Notes: generated by a model not told the origin, from the sequence alone. Positions 1-10,904 are shown, counted from the stretch's first letter. The stretch: 64,000 bases of DNA from Longimicrobiales bacterium (GCA_965219445.1 CBDCNQ010000005.1:736001-800000); one strand, 5' to 3'. Numbers and translations: made by a program.

Positions 1-1448
1 TCCGAGATCGTGGAGTCCAAGATGCTCTCCACGTCGTCCAGGCGGCGTGCCTCGACCAGGAACTGGTAGCCGAACAGGGATGGCCAGATCCTGGCCAGGA
101 GCGAGGCGATGGAGTCGAGGAAACGCAGGATGGCGGATGCGCCCACCATATCCGTGATGGGCGGTCCGAACCCTCTCACAGCGAGCACCTCGAAGCCCTC
201 GCCCTCAAGTGTTCGACAAAAGGAGCGGATGGTGAACAGCCGGGTGTGGGTGAGATCCAGGATCCCCTTTTTCCCGTAGTTGAAGAAGCCCAGGGCGAGC
301 ATGATGCGCACCAGGACGTATGCCACGTTGCCGGTGCTGGCGAGCAACGTGCCTCCCGGCTTCATCGCCCTCCGGATCTCATGAAGGCTCTCTTCTGGTC
401 GCTGCAGATGCTCGATGACGTCGAGAGCCACAACGGTATCGGCCTTTCCCTTCAAGGCCTCCGTGGTCTCCTCGGCGAAGTCCCCATCGAGATCCAGCTC
501 GAGATAGGGAAAGGGCAGGTCCACATCGGGCTTGAGCAAGTCAACGGCCACCACGTCTGCGCCCTGCGCATGAAGGGCCTGTCCCACCCGGCCGTGGCCG
601 GCACCCAGCTCGAGGACCTTGGTGGACGACTCCCAAGGGCGCGCCAAGACGTGCTGGTGAACGGTGGCGGGAGCCGTCTTGAAGACGTACCCACCGTCGT
701 CGAAGACGTCGAATTTCGGATGGTGGACGAGGTAGATCCTGTTGGCCCGGGACCGCATCACCGTGGAAATGCAGTTCATGGCGTAGGCGATGCCGTCCAC
801 GTGGCAGATCTCGTCCCCGTAATACGTGGGGATGGGCACCTCGACGATCTTCTTCTCTCCGGCCAGGAGCTGGATGATGATCTCTGTGTCGAAATGGAAA
901 TTGTCGGTGTTGTATTGGAACGGAATCTCAGCCAGCACAGAGACGCGATAGGCTCGGTATCCCGAGTGGAACTCAGTCAGATCCGCGTTGAGGAGGCGGT
1001 TCTCAATTGTCGTGAGGATCCGGTTCCCCAGGCGCTTGTACAGTGGCATGCCTCCGCGCCGGGCGGCTCCCCGCGTCATCATGCGAGAGCCGAGGACGGC
1101 GGCGGTGTCGGGGTCCGAGAACGGGCTCAGAATCCGGGGGAGGACCTCGGGAGCATACTGTCCATCGCCATGAAGGAGCACCAGAACGTCGAACCGTCGG
1201 CGAATCGCGTAGCTGAAGCCGAGCTTTTGGTTTCCCCCGTACCCCTGGTTGAACGGGGTGGTGAACACCTCCAGGCCAGGTACCTCCGCCTTGAGGCCGG
1301 TGGTCACGTCCACCGTGCGGTCTACGCTCTTGTCGTCTATGACGTAGATGGCCGCTAGATGGGGGAGCAGGTCAGCGGGGATTCGACGCAGCGTCTCGCG
1401 GATGTGGGCTTCCGCGTTGTAGGCCACTACGAAGACGGCCACCCGCAT
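1..1448 (-). CDS. GT2 glycosyltransferase fused to a C-terminal SAM-dependent methyltransferase (runs off window start)
   Basis: Manual minus-strand translation from ATG 1448 (alternative GTG 1514): MRVAVFVVAYNAEAHIRETLRRIP...VIDDKS...NLGYGGNQK...LHGDGQY, then VLELGAG and LDVIEHL methyltransferase motifs. Absent from the ORF track because it has no stop in the window. Confidence 0.85.
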   Translation of the reverse strand, partial: MRVAVFVVAYNAEAHIRETLRRIPADLLPHLAAIYVIDDKSVDRTVDVTTGLKAEVPGLEVFTTPFNQGYGGNQKLGFSYAIRRRFDVLVLLHGDGQYAPEVLPRILSPFSDPDTAAVLGSRMMTRGAARRGGMPLYKRLGNRILTTIENRLLNADLTEFHSGYRAYRVSVLAEIPFQYNTDNFHFDTEIIIQLLAGEKKIVEVPIPTYYGDEICHVDGIAYAMNCISTVMRSRANRIYLVHHPKFDVFDDGGYVFKTAPATVHQHVLARPWESSTKVLELGAGHGRVGQALHAQGADVVAVDLLKPDVDLPFPYLELDLDGDFAEETTEALKGKADTVVALDVIEHLQRPEESLHEIRRAMKPGGTLLASTGNVAYVLVRIMLALGFFNYGKKGILDLTHTRLFTIRSFCRTLEGEGFEVLAVRGFGPPITDMVGASAILRFLDSIASLLARIWPSLFGYQFLVEARRLDDVESILDSTIS

Positions 1449-1657
1449 GGAGCGCACGACGCCGAGGCAGCCTGCCCATTCTTCGTCGGAAACCTGGGAC
1501 AAATCGGTCGACACTGAAGGATTCACCCTACAAACATAATGCCATCGGCCCCGGGATCGTTGGCGTTTCGTCAAGTGAACTGGAGTGAGAATGCGCCGTC
1601 CTTGCATACGCAATACTTTGCCGCGAGCGTGCACCGAATGTGGTGAACTCGAGACCT

Positions 1658-2564
1658 ATGAGGGGCGACGGCTATCGAGAGCGGACGCACGGTACCGGTT
1701 GATGCTGGCGGGCTGAGGCTTCGCGAGGACGCACGAGCGTGTCTCGACGCGGCGATCCAGGCGGTGGATCCCACGCGTCTGGTCACGGACGCGTTCGAAC
1801 GGCATCCAGAGAGCGTCGCAGGCAATGATCCCGTCCACATCGTCGCCGTAGGCAAGGCGGCGGCGGCCATGGCGCAGGCGGCGTGCGAGAGTCTCGGACT
1901 GCGGGTCTCGGGCGGAGTGGTCATCACCCCGCCCGACGTGGACATGGGCACACTGGGTAGGCTCCACGCCTTTCGTGGTGGGCACCCCTTCCCCACCGAG
2001 GGTAGCGAACGAGGTGCCCGAGCGGTCGCCGAGCTCGTCGACACGCTCGGTGCGGGAGATTTGTTGCTCTGCCTCATTTCAGGTGGCGGCTCGGCGCTGA
2101 TGACCCTCCCCCCATCCGGTGTTTCACTCCAAGATGTCTGCGAAACGACCGACCTGCTGCTCCGATCCGGAGCCACGATCGATGAGCTCAACTGTGTGCG
2201 GAAGCATCTCGACCGACTCAAAGGCGGCCGCATGGCGGAGATCGCCGCGCCGGCCAGGGTGTTGGGGTTGATCCTTTCCGACGTTTTGGGGGACCACCCT
2301 GACGTCATCGCGTCCGGGCCGCTGTCACCCGATCCGACGACATTCTCCGATGCTCTGGCCATCCTGGAGGGTCGCCAGGTTCGAGACCGGATGCCCGCCT
2401 CGGCCCTCGAATATCTGGAGGCCGGGGCACGGGGCGCAGTCCCCGAGTCGCCAGGACCCGATGTGCCGTGTTTCGCCGACGTGGACGTTCGCATCGTGGG
2501 AAGCAACCGAGTGGCTGCTCACGCTGCGCTTCTAGAAGCCGTGCGTCGGGGATATCGGTCTCGT
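1658..2564 (+). pseudogene. Glycerate 2-kinase (DUF4147/MOFRL), N-terminal part, interrupted by IS
   Basis: AVGKAA, LISGGGSALM, RKHLDRLKGG and LSDVLGD..IASGP motifs. The frame is open upstream of 1764 (LREDARACLDAAIQAVDP). ATG 1658 joins it if one G in the run at 1662-1665 is removed. Confidence 0.85.
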
Positions 2565-2641
2565 TCCGCCCTCTCTGCCAACTTACGTGAGACACGGAGC
2601 AGCTAAGGAATTAGAGTAGGGCGAAGGCAGAGAAACCGAGG

Positions 2642-3091
2642 ATGCTGAGACACCGAGAGAGAATGAAAGAGAATGGAATAGCCCCACCAACCTGGGACGG
2701 TAAGCGAAGCGCGGCAGCTCCTGCGGACTCGGAGGTGGTAGATAGGCCGCTGCGCCGGCGGTTCGCTCCGTCGTACAAGCTGCGGATCGTCGAAGAAGCG
2801 GACCGGTGCACGGAGCCCGGAGAGGTTGGCCGACTCCTACGGCGGGAGGGCTTGTACTCGTCGCACCTGACGACATGGCGCAAGGCGGCGCATAGCGGGT
2901 CCCTGAAAGCGCTGTCGAAGAAACGAGGCCGTAAGCGCGAGCGCAATCCGCTGGAGGAGAAGGTGCGCAAGCTGGAGCGCGAGAACACTCGCCTCGAGAA
3001 GGAGCTCCAGAAGGCGCACTTGATCATCGACGTCCAGGGAAAAGTTGCAGGGCTGCTGGGATTGAGCCTCGAGGACGGGACGAACTCATGA
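2642..3091 (+). CDS. IS3-family transposase OrfA (HTH plus coiled coil)
   Basis: RRRFAPSYKLRIVEEAD...LLRREGLYSSHLTTWR; leucine-zipper-like tail. Start may be ATG 2663. Confidence 0.85.
   Translation: MLRHRERMKENGIAPPTWDGKRSAAAPADSEVVDRPLRRRFAPSYKLRIVEEADRCTEPGEVGRLLRREGLYSSHLTTWRKAAHSGSLKALSKKRGRKRERNPLEEKVRKLERENTRLEKELQKAHLIIDVQGKVAGLLGLSLEDGTNS
3037..3043 (+). promoter_or_regulatory. Candidate -1 ribosomal frameshift heptamer G_GGA_AAA
   Basis: X_XXY_YYZ pattern in the OrfA frame; the -1 frame is open from here into OrfB. Confidence 0.5.
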
Positions 3092-4095
3092 AGGCGACCC
3101 AGGAGCTAGCCAAGCACGTAGGGGTGAAGCCCGCGTGCGATACGCTCAGGGTGCCGCGAGCCACGTTCTACCGTCGTCGGAGTGCATCGACCGGGCATCA
3201 GCAGCCCCGCCCGACCCCCGCCCGGGCCTTAAGTGAGAGGGAGCGGGACAAGATTTTCGACACCCTGTGTTCGGAGCGGTTCGTGGACCGGTCCCCAGCC
3301 GAGGTGGTGGCGACGCTGCTCGACGAGGACGTCTACCTGTGCAGCGAGCGTACGATGTATCGCGTTCTGGCTTCCCAGGTGCCGGTTCAGGAGCGTCGAG
3401 CGCAGCGGAGTCATCCCAAATACCAGAAGCCCGAGTTGATGGCGAGGGGCCCGAACCAGGTCTGGTCCTGGGATATCACCCGGCTGCTGGGGCCGAAGAA
3501 GTGGAGTTACTTCTACCTCTACGTGATCCTGGACATCTTCAGCCGCTACGTCGTGGGATGGATGGTGGCGGATCGGGAGAACTCTGCCCTGGCCAGCCGG
3601 CTGATCCAGCAGAGTTGCTTGAAGCATGGCGTCCAGCCCCACCTCCTGACCCTGCATTCCGATCGAGGGGCTCCGATGACGAGCCAATGCACGGCTCAAC
3701 TACTCGCCGATCTCGGCGTGACCCGCTCGTTGGGCCGACCCCAGGTCTCGGATGACAATCCGTTCTCCGAGGCTCAGTTCAAGACCTTGAAGTACCATCC
3801 CTCGTTTCCCGGCCGGTTCGGGGATCAGGGGCAAGCCAAGACCTTCTGTCGCTCGTTCTTCCGTTGGTATAATGCCGAGCACCGCCATGGCGGCATCTCG
3901 ATGCTGACCCCCGAACAGGTCCACTTCGGTCACGCCGATCGGATCATCGCCTGCAGGAAGGCCGTGCTCCGTGAGGCATGGGCCGCTCATCCCGAGCGCT
4001 TCGTCTCCGGTGAGCCGAAGCCTAAACCACTCCCGGAGGCCGTCTGGATCAATCCTCCCACCCCATCCCTCACGACACAGGAGATTGCTCTCTAA
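3088..4095 (+). CDS. IS3-family transposase OrfB (rve/DDE)
   Basis: WSWDIT, LHSDRG and FSEAQF give the D-D-E triad. In the -1 frame to OrfA with ATGA overlap. Confidence 0.92.
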   Translation: MKATQELAKHVGVKPACDTLRVPRATFYRRRSASTGHQQPRPTPARALSERERDKIFDTLCSERFVDRSPAEVVATLLDEDVYLCSERTMYRVLASQVPVQERRAQRSHPKYQKPELMARGPNQVWSWDITRLLGPKKWSYFYLYVILDIFSRYVVGWMVADRENSALASRLIQQSCLKHGVQPHLLTLHSDRGAPMTSQCTAQLLADLGVTRSLGRPQVSDDNPFSEAQFKTLKYHPSFPGRFGDQGQAKTFCRSFFRWYNAEHRHGGISMLTPEQVHFGHADRIIACRKAVLREAWAAHPERFVSGEPKPKPLPEAVWINPPTPSLTTQEIAL

Positions 4096-4126
4096 TTGAT
4101 TTCCAAGAGTGTCTCACTGGCGTTGA

Positions 4127-4573
4127 CTCCTCACGACGACGCTGAGCGGCGAAGCGAGTGACGTTGGACGCATGCTCGCTGAGCGAGGTCTCGAGATCAA
4201 AGGTGGTGCGGGCCCGATCGCACCCCCGGCATCTCTCATCACGTCCGGCGAGACGACCGTCGAAGTACGCGGTACGGGAAGAGGTGGGCGCAATCAAGAA
4301 CTCGTATTGGGAGCTGCGCTCGCGCTACACGATCGGGGCCCACTGCTGATGGCGTCGATGGGGACCGACGGCATCGATGGTGCGAGCCACGCCGCTGGGG
4401 CTTTCGCGGACCAGACGACGCTCGCTCGTGCCGAGGTGCTCGGGCTGGACGCCGCAGCCGCGCTGACCAACAATGACTCGACCCCCTTTTTCGAAGCGCT
4501 GAACGACCTCATCGTTACCGGTCCCACTGGCACCAACGTGATGGATGTTCAGGTCGTACTGATCCCGGAGTAA
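4127..4573 (+). pseudogene. Glycerate 2-kinase C-terminal (MOFRL) part
   Basis: LSGEASDVG, SGETTV..GRGGRNQE, GTDGIDG and TGPTGTNVMD motifs. Confidence 0.9.
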
Positions 4574-4673
4574 CCCCCGCTCTGTCCATCCAGTGAATGA
4601 CTCAGGTTCGGCGTACACTCGAACTTCATCCGATCCTTGCAGCATCGAGCACCTCCTACCCATCTTATCGCCC

Positions 4674-5990
4674 ATGTCCACGTCCACGTCCGATCCAGCT
4701 CCTCGCCCGAACGCCGAACTCGAGGGCCGGTCTCCGCCGCCTTCGCCCGCTGCCCATAGCGCACGGATCCCACTCACCCGAAGCCAGCTGTCCGCACTCA
4801 TCGAAGGTGCCCGGCGAGAGGGGATTTCGCGCCGCGACCTCATGAAGGTCTTTGCGGTCGGAGGCTTGGGAGCCGTGTTCGCCGCCTGTGAGCGACCACC
4901 GGACTCCTCCGGCTCCTCAGGCTCTGAGTTGGAGGTCGCGGACGTACCCTGGGTGAAGAACCCGGAGCCCTTCATACAGCATCCCACGAACCTCGAGACA
5001 CGTCTCGAGCTGCTCGACGGAGTGATCACCCCCAACGAGCTGTTCTTCGTTCGCAACCACGCGCCCACGCCCCGAATCGACGTCTCCGGGTATCGGCTCC
5101 GTGTTGAAGGGGACGCGATCGACGGGGTGGTCGAGGTCACGATGGATGACCTCCGCGCCCTGCCGAGTCAGTCCGTTGTGGCGTACGTCGAATGTGGGGG
5201 TAACTGGAGGAGCTTCTGGGGATCGGTCGTGGGTCAGGCGGCCGCCGGTGGTCAGTGGGGCACCGGTGGGATCAGCTGTGCGGAGTGGCGCGGGCCCACG
5301 CTCGCCTCGGTGCTCGCACTGGCGGGAGTCCGCACGAACGCCGTCGATGTCGACCTGATAGGACTCGACGAGGGCGAGTTCAGTCGGCCGATGCCGATCG
5401 AGCGCGCGCTTGACCCCACGACGCTTCTGGCTCACACCATGAACGGTGTGGATCTGCCGGCCGATCACGGTTTTCCGCTCCGGGTAGTGGTCCCCGGGTG
5501 GGTGGGGAGTAGCAGCATCAAGTGGCTGGGTCGCATCGTCGTGAGCTCTGAGAAGATCTGGTCGCGGAACAACTTGACCTCGTATGTGCTCGTCGGTGAG
5601 GATTGGCCGGCCGACGAGTTCGCGCCCGCCGATGGGGGTCCCATCACCACGGGTGTCGTCAAGAGCGCCCTGGCTCTCCCACGACCCGTGGAGCTCTCAC
5701 AAGGCTCGAATTTGATCTCGGGCTTCGCGTACTCCCCGAGCGGGCCTGTTCGGCGCGTCGAGTGGAGCACCGACGCGGGCTCGACCTGGCAGGCGGCCAG
5801 CATCCTGGACCCAGTGCTGCCTCATGCTTGGCAGCGCTTTCAGTTCCAGTGGGACGCGCCCGCCGGCAGTCACACGCTGCTCACTCGCGCCACCGACGCA
5901 GCCGGACAGAGCCAGCCCGACCAGATCGCCTACAACGACAGGGGATACTTGCTGAACATTGTGCTTCCTCATCCGGTCACGGTGAATTAG
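4674..5990 (+). CDS. Sulfite oxidase-family molybdoenzyme (SorA-like), Tat lipoprotein
   Basis: SRRDLMK Tat motif, FAAC lipobox, FFVRNH, Moco Cys in ECGGN, DHGFPLR, SIKWL, C-terminal dimerisation domain. Start uncertain (4593 or 4674). Confidence 0.88.
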   Translation: MSTSTSDPAPRPNAELEGRSPPPSPAAHSARIPLTRSQLSALIEGARREGISRRDLMKVFAVGGLGAVFAACERPPDSSGSSGSELEVADVPWVKNPEPFIQHPTNLETRLELLDGVITPNELFFVRNHAPTPRIDVSGYRLRVEGDAIDGVVEVTMDDLRALPSQSVVAYVECGGNWRSFWGSVVGQAAAGGQWGTGGISCAEWRGPTLASVLALAGVRTNAVDVDLIGLDEGEFSRPMPIERALDPTTLLAHTMNGVDLPADHGFPLRVVVPGWVGSSSIKWLGRIVVSSEKIWSRNNLTSYVLVGEDWPADEFAPADGGPITTGVVKSALALPRPVELSQGSNLISGFAYSPSGPVRRVEWSTDAGSTWQAASILDPVLPHAWQRFQFQWDAPAGSHTLLTRATDAAGQSQPDQIAYNDRGYLLNIVLPHPVTVN

Positions 5991-6030
5991 ACGGCCGGGC
6001 GAGCTTCGACGCGCGGTGGGGACGTAGCCG

Positions 6031-6423
6031 ATGTCCAGGCGAACCGGAGTGGCCTTGGCAGCCGGAGTGCTCCTGCTCACGGCGATAGCCGGCATCATTT
6101 CGCGCGGAACACTCGAGCGGAGAATCCGGGAGCGGGAGCTGGCCGCCGAGCTCTATCAGATGCGCTGTGCAGCCTGTCACGAATTCGAAGGAGGAATCGG
6201 CTCGCCACTCCCTCCCCGGGTCCTCGCTTCTTACCGCACTGCCCAGCTCCTCTTCAACTACGTGCGACTCGCGATGCCGTACGAGGCGCCACGGAGCCTT
6301 TCAAACGAAGAGTATTGGCTGGCCGTTGGGCATCTGCTCCGTTCCCGGGGGTTGGTGGATCGAGATGCGGTCGTGAATGAGGAGACGGCGGAGGGCATCA
6401 CGCTCGACGGTGGTGCGAGCTGA
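6031..6423 (+). CDS. Membrane-anchored monoheme cytochrome c (SorB-like)
   Basis: N-terminal hydrophobic helix, CAACH, YVRLAMPY distal Met; directly after the sulfite oxidase. Confidence 0.8.
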   Translation: MSRRTGVALAAGVLLLTAIAGIISRGTLERRIRERELAAELYQMRCAACHEFEGGIGSPLPPRVLASYRTAQLLFNYVRLAMPYEAPRSLSNEEYWLAVGHLLRSRGLVDRDAVVNEETAEGITLDGGAS

Positions 6424-6516
6424 AGCGGAAGCCGGCTACCTCCGGGGAGGCTTTCGTCGCACCGCGGCTCCTACTTCCCTGACGGGGGCGGCACCCTCGA
6501 GGCAATGGCCTCGGGG

Positions 6517-7404
6517 TTAACGGCCGCGTGTTCTCTCGAACTCCTCCGCCAACGTTGGCGACAGCGGGTACACGTCTCGGAATCGATAGCGCTTCTCCAA
6601 TAACAGCTCGAGCTGGAACTTCTCCCGGGCTTCGCTCTGAGCTGCATACTCCAACACGTCGCCGACAAGCTCCGGCGGGAAAAAGAAGACTCCGCCGCCG
6701 TCCCCGACCACGATGTCGCCGGGCAGCACCGTGACGCCGCCGATCCTGACCGGTGCATTGTACTCCACGCCGAGCCAGGAAGTAGTTTGTAGGTCCGAGA
6801 AACGGTGTAGAACCGGGAAGCCCTCGAATCGGTCGTCTTGTAGTCCGGCGAAGTCGCGCATGCCACCGTCGATGACGACACCGGCGGCTCCACGCATCTG
6901 GATTCCCGTGGCACCCATGTCACCGAATAGATTGTGGCCGTCAGTGCCCCCGAGCTCGGCGACCACGACGTCGCCGGGCTGGGCTTCCTCCGCCGCGCGC
7001 GAATAGTATCTGCGATCCCAGTCTCCCTCCTCGGCAAGGACATTGGCTGCCCGGACCAAGTCCGGTCGCGGGGGGAGGAACCGCATCGTCAGGGCCCGCC
7101 CCACCAGCCGTTCGCCGGGACGGGTGTTCGCGAATCCTCGCGCATAATTCGTGCGGTACTCGCCGACTGCACCAAAGATGGCCTCGAGAGGGATCGATCG
7201 GAGCTGATCGAGCTGCTCCTGCGTTACATCAGGCCGGCTCGGCGCCAGGACGTCCATGATCGCGGAGTAAGACGTCCGGTTGGTCCTGAGGCGGTCGGGC
7301 GCGGGCACATCGGGCCTGAAGGTCTGGTCGAAGGGCTCCTGCGCGTACGCCCCTCCGGCACAGAAGAGGAACGTCACCAGGGTGAGGACGTGAGTCGGGC
7401 GCAT
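6517..7404 (-). CDS. RraA/HMG-aldolase family protein with signal peptide
   Basis: LVGRALTMRF, FGDMGAT, GVVIDGGMRD, PGDIVVGDGGGV; signal peptide ending AYA-Q; GGAG upstream of ATG 7404. Confidence 0.8.
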   Translation of the reverse strand: MRPTHVLTLVTFLFCAGGAYAQEPFDQTFRPDVPAPDRLRTNRTSYSAIMDVLAPSRPDVTQEQLDQLRSIPLEAIFGAVGEYRTNYARGFANTRPGERLVGRALTMRFLPPRPDLVRAANVLAEEGDWDRRYYSRAAEEAQPGDVVVAELGGTDGHNLFGDMGATGIQMRGAAGVVIDGGMRDFAGLQDDRFEGFPVLHRFSDLQTTSWLGVEYNAPVRIGGVTVLPGDIVVGDGGGVFFFPPELVGDVLEYAAQSEAREKFQLELLLEKRYRFRDVYPLSPTLAEEFERTRGR

Positions 7405-7472
7405 GGGACTTTTCCTCCGAGTCCAGGTGTAGCGTCGGGAAGAGTTCACTGGGATCATACTCGGTAACGGCC

Positions 7473-9836
7473 CTATACGGCCACCTCTCCGTCCGCTTGC
7501 CGTACAAAGCGCAGTGGCAGCTCGACGGTGAACCGTGTTCGGCCCGGCTCGGAGTCGAGGCGAATCGAGCCTGCGTGCTTGTCGGCGACGATCTTGTAGG
7601 TGGTGTTGAGGCCGAGACCGGTCCCCTTCCCGGGTGGCTTGGTCGTAAAGAACGCATCGAACACACGAGACTGGGTCTCTTCAGGGATGCCGGGTCCGTT
7701 GTCCTCGATCTCGACGATGACGCTGTCTCCCGAGTGAGCGGTTCGTAGACGGATCTGTCCTTGGCCCTCCATCGCATCGACCGCATTGTCGATCAGGTTG
7801 GTCCACACCTGATTCAGCTCACTTCCGAGTGCCTCGATCTCGGGGAGGTCCGGAGCCAACTCCTGCTTCACCGTGACGCCCTCCTTCAGCTTGCTCCGAA
7901 GAATGACGAGTGTGTTTCGCAGCCCTTCGTTGACGTCCACGCTCTGGACCGGAGCCTGACCCAGATAGGAATAGGCCTTCATGGCACCGACGATCTCGGA
8001 GACCCGTCCCGAGCCCTGCTTGATCTCTTCCAGAAGCCGGTACACGCGGTGCGCATTCGCCTGCCATGACACGACCAGCCCGAGGCTGGCTGTCCCCACG
8101 CGGTCGAGCAGAGCGGCGAGATCATCGACGCTTTCGCCCCCTTCGACGAGGACGGGCGAGATATCCCACGGATCCTCGACGCCGTTCTCCTCGAGCCAAT
8201 CCTCGAGCTCCGCCTCGGCGTCGGAGCGCTGTAGTGGCGTCAGAAGGCATGGGCACGTCGCGGCTTCCCGGACTTTGTCGTTCAGCTCCACCAGAACCTG
8301 CTCGACTTCTGCTGAAAGCCGTGCGCCACGCAACTCCATCTGCGCCGTCTGCAGCGCGGCGAACGACGACTCGAGCTGCTCGGCCGCTCGCTGAGCCGCC
8401 GCCGCCGGGTTGTTGAGCTCGTGTGCGACGCCGGCGGCCAGCGTGCCCAGGGTTGCCATCTTCTCGGTCTGCCGGAGGGCGCCCTCCGCCGCCTTCTCCC
8501 GGGTGACGTCCGACCCGTAAACGAAGACGAACAGCCCCTCCGGCCCCTTGGCGTGCGTCAGAACGAAGTATCGTTCACCAATCTTGGACTCGACCGCGAT
8601 GGGTTCGTCGGAGGAGAGCACATGGGACCATGTGTCGTCATCGACGGCCGGGACCAAATCTAGCCAGCTCCGTCCCGGCAGGTCATCGCCTCCGAACACA
8701 GAGGCGGCAGCGCGATTCGCCAACAGCACCCGACCCTGGTGATCGAGTCGACATACCGGTCCGGGATTCATGTCGGGGAAGCGAGCCAGCTCGGCGAGGG
8801 CCCGCTCGGCTGCCTTCAACTCGGTGATGTCGGATCCGTACACGAAGACCTGATTCGCCACAGGCTCGTGACGCAGCGTGAAGGAATAACACCGGTCACC
8901 CACCTCGGCTTCGTGTTGGACCAGCTCACTTCCTCCGGCGATCCTATCCCAAAGCGCTTCATCGAATCCTGGGCACAGATCGAGCCACGACAGGCCCGCG
9001 AGGCTCTCCATTCCGAAGAGGTGACTCGCGGCGGGATTCGCCCGAACGACGGTGCCTTCGGCCGAAAGCCTGGCGACGGGTCCTGGGTTCATGGCCAGGA
9101 AACGGGCTCTTTCGGCCAACTCTTGCTCGGCGGCTTTCTCCACGGTCACCTCGGTCCCGTAGACGAAGATCTGATCCGTGTCCGACGGGTGCGTGACCGT
9201 GAGGCGAAACCACCGGTCTCCGACCGGAACGTCTTCCTGAACGAGCCCGCCGCCAGCCACGGCTTGACTACGGGCATCCTCGGGGAAGCCGGGGCAAACT
9301 TCCCAGAAACAACTTCCCTCGACGTCCGGACCGAAGAGCGCTTTCGCTGCCTCGTTGCTTCGGCGGATGGTGCCGTCCGTGTCGAGCCGGACGACCGGGC
9401 CGGGGTTCATCGCGGGGAAGTGCGCCATCTCGGCCACCAGGGCCTCGGCCTGCTTCCGGTCACCGATGTCGTGGAAGGTGGTCAGCAGAACATCTTCGCC
9501 GGCCATCTCGAAGCGTGACACGTCGGCTTGGGCCCAGCGGCATTCACCGGCGGCGGATCGGAGCCGTACCTCGACCGACCCTATACCGCCGGAGTTGTGC
9601 AGCTCGAAGGTGCGGTCACGGTCCTCCTCGACGAAGTGTAGTTGCCGGCCCGAGAGATCTGTCACAGCGTCGGTCGTGTGGCCGTAAGCCGACGTGAATT
9701 CTGGGTTGAGTCGCACGACGGTGTCGTCCGTGATGCGCGTGACCAGCACCGGCATGGGCAATCCGTCCACTACGCTTACGGCGATCTCGCCGCGCATCGG
9801 AAGGGCCGAAGCCTCGGGAGCTCCCTCAGGGGTCAT
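7473..9836 (-). CDS. Cytoplasmic multi-PAS sensor histidine kinase
   Basis: H-box VAHELNNP, N-box [28 protein letters not shown]; four PAS-like repeats. The ORF-track extension to 10598 overlaps real plus-strand genes. Confidence 0.88.
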   Translation of the reverse strand: MTPEGAPEASALPMRGEIAVSVVDGLPMPVLVTRITDDTVVRLNPEFTSAYGHTTDAVTDLSGRQLHFVEEDRDRTFELHNSGGIGSVEVRLRSAAGECRWAQADVSRFEMAGEDVLLTTFHDIGDRKQAEALVAEMAHFPAMNPGPVVRLDTDGTIRRSNEAAKALFGPDVEGSCFWEVCPGFPEDARSQAVAGGGLVQEDVPVGDRWFRLTVTHPSDTDQIFVYGTEVTVEKAAEQELAERARFLAMNPGPVARLSAEGTVVRANPAASHLFGMESLAGLSWLDLCPGFDEALWDRIAGGSELVQHEAEVGDRCYSFTLRHEPVANQVFVYGSDITELKAAERALAELARFPDMNPGPVCRLDHQGRVLLANRAAASVFGGDDLPGRSWLDLVPAVDDDTWSHVLSSDEPIAVESKIGERYFVLTHAKGPEGLFVFVYGSDVTREKAAEGALRQTEKMATLGTLAAGVAHELNNPAAAAQRAAEQLESSFAALQTAQMELRGARLSAEVEQVLVELNDKVREAATCPCLLTPLQRSDAEAELEDWLEENGVEDPWDISPVLVEGGESVDDLAALLDRVGTASLGLVVSWQANAHRVYRLLEEIKQGSGRVSEIVGAMKAYSYLGQAPVQSVDVNEGLRNTLVILRSKLKEGVTVKQELAPDLPEIEALGSELNQVWTNLIDNAVDAMEGQGQIRLRTAHSGDSVIVEIEDNGPGIPEETQSRVFDAFFTTKPPGKGTGLGLNTTYKIVADKHAGSIRLDSEPGRTRFTVELPLRFVRQADGEVAV

Positions 9837-9983
9837 GCCCGACCGATGCTCCGCAAGTCTGGAACCATTGCGCGTCTCCGATGATTCAAGGAACATGCTT
9901 CCCGTGCGCGCTGCGCACGGAACGCGCCGCACCGAACGGGACAGTTGATTACTCTGAGAACAAATACGCGGAGCCGAACGTCG

Positions 9984-10307
9984 ATGCCAGAGCACGACTC
10001 GCAGGGCCTCCCCGAGGCTTATCCGCGCACCATGCGGGAGTGGTGCGCTCTGACATGCAGAGGGTCCGTGGTCCTCAGGGGTCTCAAGCTCTGCCTGGTG
10101 GTCGGCGCGATCCTCATCGGAATCAATCACGGGGATGCGATTCTGGCCGGGGAGCTCACGCGGACCAGCTACCTGAAGATGGGTCTCACGGTCATCGTTC
10201 CGTATCTGGTGTCGGTGTTCTCGAGCGTCGGAGCCATGATCGAGAACGGCCGCGCGGCGCAAGATCCGACCAGGACGGCATTCTTCACTAGCCCGGATTC
10301 GAGATAG
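9984..10307 (+). CDS. nrtS: NrtS-like small membrane protein
   Basis: LVVGAILIGINHGD and LTVIVPYLVS motifs; two TM helices. Confidence 0.7.
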   Translation: MPEHDSQGLPEAYPRTMREWCALTCRGSVVLRGLKLCLVVGAILIGINHGDAILAGELTRTSYLKMGLTVIVPYLVSVFSSVGAMIENGRAAQDPTRTAFFTSPDSR

Positions 10308-10349
10308 ACGGGGTACTTCCGGGCCGAACTCGTTCCACGAGGCGCAGTC

Positions 10350-10904
10350 ATGAAGGCAAGGATAGCGATCTTCGGGGGTGTTGTGATTGTGCTGTCGCCT
10401 GCTGTGACAAGCGCCCAGGCCCCGACCTCGGCCACGGACGTCACCCGGGCTGAATGGCAGGCGGTACGTGACAGTCCGGACGGCGGTGTCGACCGTCAGG
10501 TGAAGATCGTGGACCTCGGCGACACGAACGTGGCAATCGGAATCCTTCACCGAAACGCAGTACAGAATGATGGTGGACCACCCCGCGGGATCGTTCATGC
10601 CCAGGTTACGGAGGTCTATTACATCGTTTCCGGATCCGGGACCCTGGTAACGGGCGGGACAGTCGTCGATGCCACCGAACCCTCAGGCCCAGACTCATTT
10701 CTCGCCGTGCTGGTCGGTCCGAGCTTCACAGGCGAATCGAGAAATGGCCAGATCCGGACGGTATCGGAGGGGGACATCGTCGTGATTCCCGCGGGTGTGC
10801 TGCACGGATGGATCGCAGTTCCGGATCACGTGACCTACCTCAGTGTGAGACCCGACCCCCTCAAGGTCTTGCCCGAGGGATACGTCAACCCCGCCATTCG
10901 ATAG
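10350..10904 (+). CDS. Exported cupin-domain protein
   Basis: Signal peptide; HAQVTEVYYIVSGSG and GDIVVIPAGVLH cupin motifs. Confidence 0.8.
   Translation: MKARIAIFGGVVIVLSPAVTSAQAPTSATDVTRAEWQAVRDSPDGGVDRQVKIVDLGDTNVAIGILHRNAVQNDGGPPRGIVHAQVTEVYYIVSGSGTLVTGGTVVDATEPSGPDSFLAVLVGPSFTGESRNGQIRTVSEGDIVVIPAGVLHGWIAVPDHVTYLSVRPDPLKVLPEGYVNPAIR

Larger units (their letters stand above)
2565..4126 (+). mobile_element. IS3-family insertion sequence (~1.56 kb)
   Basis: OrfA/OrfB pair. Imperfect inverted repeats GCCAACTTACGTGAGACAC (2577-2595) and GTGTCTCACTGGCGTTGAC (4109-4127), 14/19 match. Removing 2565-4126 restores host sequence GYRSR|LLTTTLSGEA. Confidence 0.85.

Noticed and set aside
246..1358. 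370-aa plus-strand ORF
   Set aside because: Antisense shadow of the minus-strand GT2/methyltransferase gene.
9837..10598. N-terminal extension making the kinase 1041 aa
   Set aside because: Overlaps the nrtS-like and cupin genes on the opposite strand and has no domain-like content.
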